A DNA stretch of 20,000 nt from an uncultured virus (IMG/VR IMGVR_UViG_3300025767_000007). Taxonomy: Duplodnaviria; Heunggongvirae; Uroviricota; Caudoviricetes. The translations under genes and the position numbers were made by a program. This document shows positions 16,033 to 20,000 of this stretch, piece by piece (within the stretch, counting starts at the first letter, position 1; every line of letters begins with the position of its first letter). The stretch lies in IMG/VR virus record IMGVR_UViG_3300025767_000007; one strand, 5' to 3'. Under the pieces are notes generated by a model, which was not told the DNA's origin, did not search any database, and saw nothing but the letters and a program-made list of their open reading frames with translations.

Positions 16033-16499
16033 TATAAGTTTATCACCGCAACAGTAAGTATGCCAATGACAACCATAGCAGATAATATAACAAATCCAAT
16101 TAACTTTAGATTTTCAAGTAGCTCTGCACTTTCTTTTGCCTTCTTTTTACGTCTAACTAATTCTGCTTCTTTTGCGGCCTGTATTCTATTTGCTCGTTCC
16201 TGAATGATACCTGCCCATGTTCCAGGACCAAATCTCATATTAATCATATTTGCTACCTCTTGCATCTGCTCTTGTGCAATTTTAGCATCTATTGTTTCTC
16301 TTGCTATATTACTTGTACTAAATTGGTCTGCTATAGAGATGTTTCCACTTCTTTTGGAATTCATCTGACTATTTCCTTCGAACATTTTGTCAATGGCATC
16401 AGCTATATCGCCTATGTCTTTACATGTTTCTATTTGGTCCTTAATGAATGATACACTCTGTTTGACCAAAGCGATGCCTGCTAGTGTTTCCGCTATCAT
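16032..16499 (-). CDS. Helical protein with C-terminal transmembrane segment
   Basis: AAGGAGAG RBS, coiled-coil-like body and hydrophobic C-terminus; TAAATA on the minus strand at 16557-16562. Confidence 0.75.
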   Translation of the reverse strand: MIAETLAGIALVKQSVSFIKDQIETCKDIGDIADAIDKMFEGNSQMNSKRSGNISIADQFSTSNIARETIDAKIAQEQMQEVANMINMRFGPGTWAGIIQERANRIQAAKEAELVRRKKKAKESAELLENLKLIGFVILSAMVVIGILTVAVINL

Positions 16500-16705
16500 T
16501 ACAACTCTCCTTTCTACTGAGAAGAGACATTTTAAAAACTGTCTGGATATTACATGTATTTAACAAAACAGGCCCAATTTTTATACTTTAGGTACGACAA
16601 TACCTGTTATAAACTTATAAGTATATGGTTGGTTAAGCAAACTGGCGAGCAGTTTTGTATTTTAACTAATACTCAAATCCTATAATAGGAATAAAGGAAA
16701 AATCA

Positions 16706-17608
16706 ATGAAGATATTACCCTTAGCCACGATCGCAGTATTCGTGGGCATCTTTACGGCGAATGCTGGTGAAAAACTAGCACTTCCGTCTACGGAAGGTGT
16801 AGACATTACAACATATGGTGAAGTCCGAGCATATGTTGAATCATCAACTACAAATGATGTTGATACAGCAATTAAAACATCAGACAGTAAAGTAGGACTA
16901 AAATTTAAGACTAAAGAACCAGTATATGTCTTTGGAGAAATGTCAGCTAATGTTGATCTATCCTCAGACGGAGCAGACGATGTAACAACTCGGTTTGGTT
17001 ATATTGGCGTAGGTACCAATGCATTGGGAGAAATTTCACTTGGACGTACAATGAGCATTATGGATTCATTTGTTGATAAAGCAGATGTGTTTATGGGTGC
17101 AGGAAATCAAGGAGTTCAGAAGACTCCTTTTACTATGAATAACAGTTTGAAGTATACTGGTAGTTTTAGCGGAGTCGATGTTGGCTTTCAAACACAAATG
17201 ACTGATGATGCACAAAACCATGACTTGGATTTATATCAAATTGGTTTAGGCTACAAAGGCATTGGTGTTGCATATGCAAGAGATGAAATTAATTCATCTG
17301 ACTACTATGGCTTGGGTGTTTCTCAAAAGTTTGGAAAAATTGGAGCATATGCTAGTGTGTCGGTATTAGATGATGATACACAAGCAAATGATGCAGTTGG
17401 ATATGAACTTGCTGGTTCATATGATTTAAACGAAAAACTAACACTACAAGGCGGTTGGCAAGATACTGACGTTCAATCAGATGACGGTAACTTGACAATT
17501 GAATCACAGTATAAGATTGCAACTCAATCAGTATTTTTTACTAATATTGATTATGACTTAACAACAGAAGATGCAACTCTTCGAACAGGTCTTAGCTTTA
17601 CATTCTAA
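16706..17608 (+). CDS. Gram-negative outer-membrane porin
   Basis: Signal peptide, 'ITTYGEVRAYV', 'TRFGYIGV...GEISLGR' porin motifs, alternating beta strands, C-terminal 'GLSFTF' BAM signal. Confidence 0.88.
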   Translation: MKILPLATIAVFVGIFTANAGEKLALPSTEGVDITTYGEVRAYVESSTTNDVDTAIKTSDSKVGLKFKTKEPVYVFGEMSANVDLSSDGADDVTTRFGYIGVGTNALGEISLGRTMSIMDSFVDKADVFMGAGNQGVQKTPFTMNNSLKYTGSFSGVDVGFQTQMTDDAQNHDLDLYQIGLGYKGIGVAYARDEINSSDYYGLGVSQKFGKIGAYASVSVLDDDTQANDAVGYELAGSYDLNEKLTLQGGWQDTDVQSDDGNLTIESQYKIATQSVFFTNIDYDLTTEDATLRTGLSFTF

Positions 17609-17622
17609 ACTAGTTTTGAATA

Positions 17623-17671
17623 TTTACCCTCCTCTAGTAATGATATATAATATTATATAGAGGAGGGTAAA
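17623..17671 (+). promoter_or_regulatory. 14-bp inverted repeat sequestering the RBS of the downstream gene
   Basis: TTTACCCTCCTCTA (17623-17636) is the exact reverse complement of TAGAGGAGGGTAAA (17658-17671), which contains GAGGAGG. Confidence 0.75.
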
Positions 17672-17673
17672 GT

Positions 17674-18396
17674 TTGCCACTAATAGAGCAATATCCTAAT
17701 TATAAATTCTTAGAAACCGTGTTTAGACTTGGACACTTAGATAAACTCAAAAAAGCATTTTATGATAGTAAGCCTGTATGGAACCAAAGAGCAACAAAAA
17801 CATTCTTTGCTGATTGCGGCTGGTATAAGTATCCTTATTGTTGTTTCGTTCCTGGTTATGAAGAATTAAATGCTCCAAACGTTATTGGTTTACTGCAATC
17901 TGAGATATACAATGCAACAGTTAACATTGTTAAAGAACTGTGGGTAGCACTATATAAAGAAACTGACGAAGAATGGATGCCTTTCGGAGCAGAACTTAAC
18001 TTAGTATATCCTGGCAGGAAAATTCAACCTCACACAGATAATCATTTCTATAGCAATTATGCAACTAGATGTCATGTTGTATTAGAAACTAATAGTAATG
18101 TAGAATTTACATTTGGAAACAACGAATCACCAACATTTAATGTAGGACATTCTTTTATTTTCAACAATAAAAGAAGGCACGAAATATGCAATTTTGGAAG
18201 CACAAACAGAGTTCATTTAGTAGTAGATTTTTTACCCAAGAACATATTTCCTTATACAGAAAGAACTCTTGCTCCGTTTGGTACTGACAACTCGTGTCAT
18301 ATCATTAATACTATACGTTCAAAAGATCATCCTTTACATAATAAATATGTAGACTATGTTGACGATACACCTATACCTAAAAGAAAAACTATATGA
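17674..18396 (+). CDS. Aspartyl/asparaginyl beta-hydroxylase-like 2OG-Fe(II) oxygenase
   Basis: 'PGRKIQPHTD' (HxD), 'RCHVVLETN', 'FNNKRRHEICNFGSTNRVHLVVD'; TTG start. Confidence 0.85.
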   Translation: MPLIEQYPNYKFLETVFRLGHLDKLKKAFYDSKPVWNQRATKTFFADCGWYKYPYCCFVPGYEELNAPNVIGLLQSEIYNATVNIVKELWVALYKETDEEWMPFGAELNLVYPGRKIQPHTDNHFYSNYATRCHVVLETNSNVEFTFGNNESPTFNVGHSFIFNNKRRHEICNFGSTNRVHLVVDFLPKNIFPYTERTLAPFGTDNSCHIINTIRSKDHPLHNKYVDYVDDTPIPKRKTI

Positions 18397-19052
18397 TTTC
18401 AGACGATGTTAATCAACCTGTTCAGGCACATCCTGAATATTTTATCCCTCTAAATTTAACACTACCTCAAGTAGATATCGAAGCACTTAAAGGCGGCATT
18501 ATTGCTGATTTAAGCGTCAAGCACAAGGATAGCGATAGATTATGGTTTAATACTGCTATCGCATCTGGTAATCCATTAGAAGAAACGCAGAGAGTAGCAA
18601 ATGATTTCTTAGAACAATATAATCTTGAGGCAAGTACTATGGGAATATTTGTTGTTAATGCTAATACATACGATTGGAACATACATTGTGATTCACAACG
18701 TTTAGAAACTCGGCTAAATTTTTATGAATTAACTACTGCTCCGGGCTTAGTTCGCTGGTTTCCGGATACAAACGACGGATATGAAGAGATACATAAAAAC
18801 ATAGAAGGTAATGAATTTGTTGACTATGTATGGCCATGGGTTATACAGTTTAAGCAACAACATAGGGATTGGAGCAAAGTACCACCTGCTATTTGGTCTA
18901 CATCTACTGGTTGTAGTAGTGCGTTAGTTAGGACTAATTTACCACATCATGTAGTACAAGGTGATGGAATTAGGATAACAGTTACCTGTAAGGTTGTAGA
19001 CAAAGAAACAAAGAGTACAGTTGACACATGGAGCAGATTACAACAATGTTAA
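18393..19052 (+). CDS. Probable 2OG-Fe(II)/cupin-fold oxygenase
   Basis: 'IHCD' (HxD), 'RLNF', distal 'VRTNLPHHV' and 'RITVT'; ATGA overlap with the upstream gene. Confidence 0.6.
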   Translation: MISDDVNQPVQAHPEYFIPLNLTLPQVDIEALKGGIIADLSVKHKDSDRLWFNTAIASGNPLEETQRVANDFLEQYNLEASTMGIFVVNANTYDWNIHCDSQRLETRLNFYELTTAPGLVRWFPDTNDGYEEIHKNIEGNEFVDYVWPWVIQFKQQHRDWSKVPPAIWSTSTGCSSALVRTNLPHHVVQGDGIRITVTCKVVDKETKSTVDTWSRLQQC

Positions 19053-19480
19053 AAAGAGTTACAAACTTAACTTATGGCATGGCCGAAGAGTTAAAGAAAG
19101 ATCCTGTTAGGCCGAATATTACGCCTTCAAGGAGAATTGGAAAAAACAAAGATATTTTCTACGAGTTATCTGATGAAGGAAATATTGATGCAGTAATTTG
19201 TGTTACCTATACAAATGATGTACCTACTGATGAATCAAATTTATTTGATATGCCAGGTAAAGACGTTGCTATTTTTTATAGTGTCTGGAGTAACAAGGCC
19301 GGTGCTGGACGCAAGATAATCTTTGATACAGTCGATGTAATAACAAATGAAAATAAAAATATACAACGTTTTGTAACACTAAGCCCAAACACTAAAATAG
19401 CAGAAAGATTTCATCTAAGAAACGGAGCAATAGTATTCCGTACCAATGACAATACTGTAAATTATGAGTATTTAAAGTAA
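19046..19480 (+). CDS. Hypothetical phage protein, possibly GNAT-like fold
   Basis: 'IFYSVWSNKAGAGRKII' and 'AERFHLRNGA' resemble GNAT motifs A and B. Start is 19046 (GGAG upstream) or 19028. Confidence 0.55.
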   Translation: MLKRVTNLTYGMAEELKKDPVRPNITPSRRIGKNKDIFYELSDEGNIDAVICVTYTNDVPTDESNLFDMPGKDVAIFYSVWSNKAGAGRKIIFDTVDVITNENKNIQRFVTLSPNTKIAERFHLRNGAIVFRTNDNTVNYEYLK

Positions 19481-19494
19481 TATGCATAAACTGG

Positions 19495-19523
19495 TTGACA
19501 GACACAATATATTGTGTTAGTAT
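19495..19523 (+). promoter_or_regulatory. Sigma70-like (early) promoter
   Basis: TTGACA 19495-19500, 17-nt spacer, TG-T-TAGTAT (19518-19523). Confidence 0.7.
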
Positions 19524-19558
19524 ACATTATAAAGTTAAAAAAATGAAAGGACTTTAAT

Positions 19559-19774
19559 ATGAATAAAACAAAATATATCGCAACTAGATTATTCTTAATT
19601 GCACTTGCAACATTACTATTCGTACAAGTAGTAAGGTTTATTGCAGTACTTGGAACAGACTATGGATTTACTCTACAACAAGTAGGTGCTGGTATTAGTC
19701 TTGTTGTAATATTTTCAGTTATGGGTTTTTGGTTGTCTTCCGATTATGACATGAAGAAGTTAGGTGATAAGTAG
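19559..19774 (+). CDS. Small membrane protein with two transmembrane helices
   Basis: 71 aa, two hydrophobic stretches, AAAGGA RBS. Confidence 0.7.
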   Translation: MNKTKYIATRLFLIALATLLFVQVVRFIAVLGTDYGFTLQQVGAGISLVVIFSVMGFWLSSDYDMKKLGDK

Positions 19775-19788
19775 AACGGAAATAAAGT

Positions 19789-19863
19789 GCCGCCTTGGCC
19801 CAACGGTAAGGCAACTGATTTGTAATCAGTAGATTGGGAGTTCGATTCTCTCAGGCGGCACCA
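19789..19863 (+). tRNA. tRNA-Thr (anticodon UGU)
   Basis: Acceptor GCCGCCT/AGGCGGC-A-CCA, anticodon arm ACTGA-TTTGTAA-TCAGT, T arm GGGAG-TTCGATT-CTCTC; CCA is encoded. Confidence 0.97.
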
Positions 19864-19932
19864 CTTTTGTTAAAAGAATAACAGAATCATAATTGTAATA
19901 TAAGTAAGATATAATACAAACGGAAAACGAAG

Positions 19933-20000
19933 ATGAAATGGTTTTTTATATTAATGGTAATGACACAAAATACTCCTGTACAAGATCATTTGTACTTAAT
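19933..20000 (+). CDS. Start of a small hypothetical protein (truncated by window edge)
   Basis: MKWFFILMVMTQNTPVQDHLYL... open to the end of the window; TATAAGTA at 19899-19906 upstream. Confidence 0.4.
   Translation, partial: MKWFFILMVMTQNTPVQDHLYL

Noticed and set aside
62..18682. Other short antisense or overlapping ORFs (62..247, 1842..2126, 2777..2986, 3482..3700, 3508..3711, 4582..4785, 4945..5247, 7378..7671, 7765..7998, 11589..11786, 13103..13294, 16260..16451, 18467..18682)
   Set aside because: All lie opposite better-supported genes and lack translation signals or motifs.
1..20000. CRISPR array, transposase, intron or intein
   Set aside because: No regularly spaced repeats or mobile-element motifs were seen, and the visible part of nrdB is uninterrupted.

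Overview
AT-rich, gene-dense, mostly + strand window that reads as part of a large T4-like (myovirus-type) phage genome. The host is probably a marine alphaproteobacterium, inferred from the tmRNA type. Phage hallmarks are class Ia nrdB (partial), an Sm-like protein, a PAAR-like spike protein, a probable virion protein, recurring T4-type late promoter cores (TATAAATA/TAAATA) and four sigma70-like GGTTGAC promoters. Accessory cargo comprises a cold-shock protein, a complete TRAP transporter (dctQ-dctM-dctP, TakP-like), a second DctP with no signal peptide, a ring-hydroxylating oxygenase alpha subunit lacking Rieske cluster ligands, an alpha/beta hydrolase, an AsnB-like PP-loop enzyme flanked by two paralogous unknown genes, an APS-kinase-like/nucleotidyltransferase fusion, a porin, two 2OG-Fe(II)-type oxygenases and tRNA-Thr(UGU). 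Three elements missing from the ORF track stand out. (1) A circularly permuted two-piece tmRNA (tag ANDNFASEDFALAA) whose 199-nt intervening segment holds a 61-codon reading frame. (2) A 43-aa, 10-Cys metallothionein-like ORF. (3) An RBS-sequestering hairpin with a late-promoter-like motif in its loop. All calls come from motif reading; no database searches were run.
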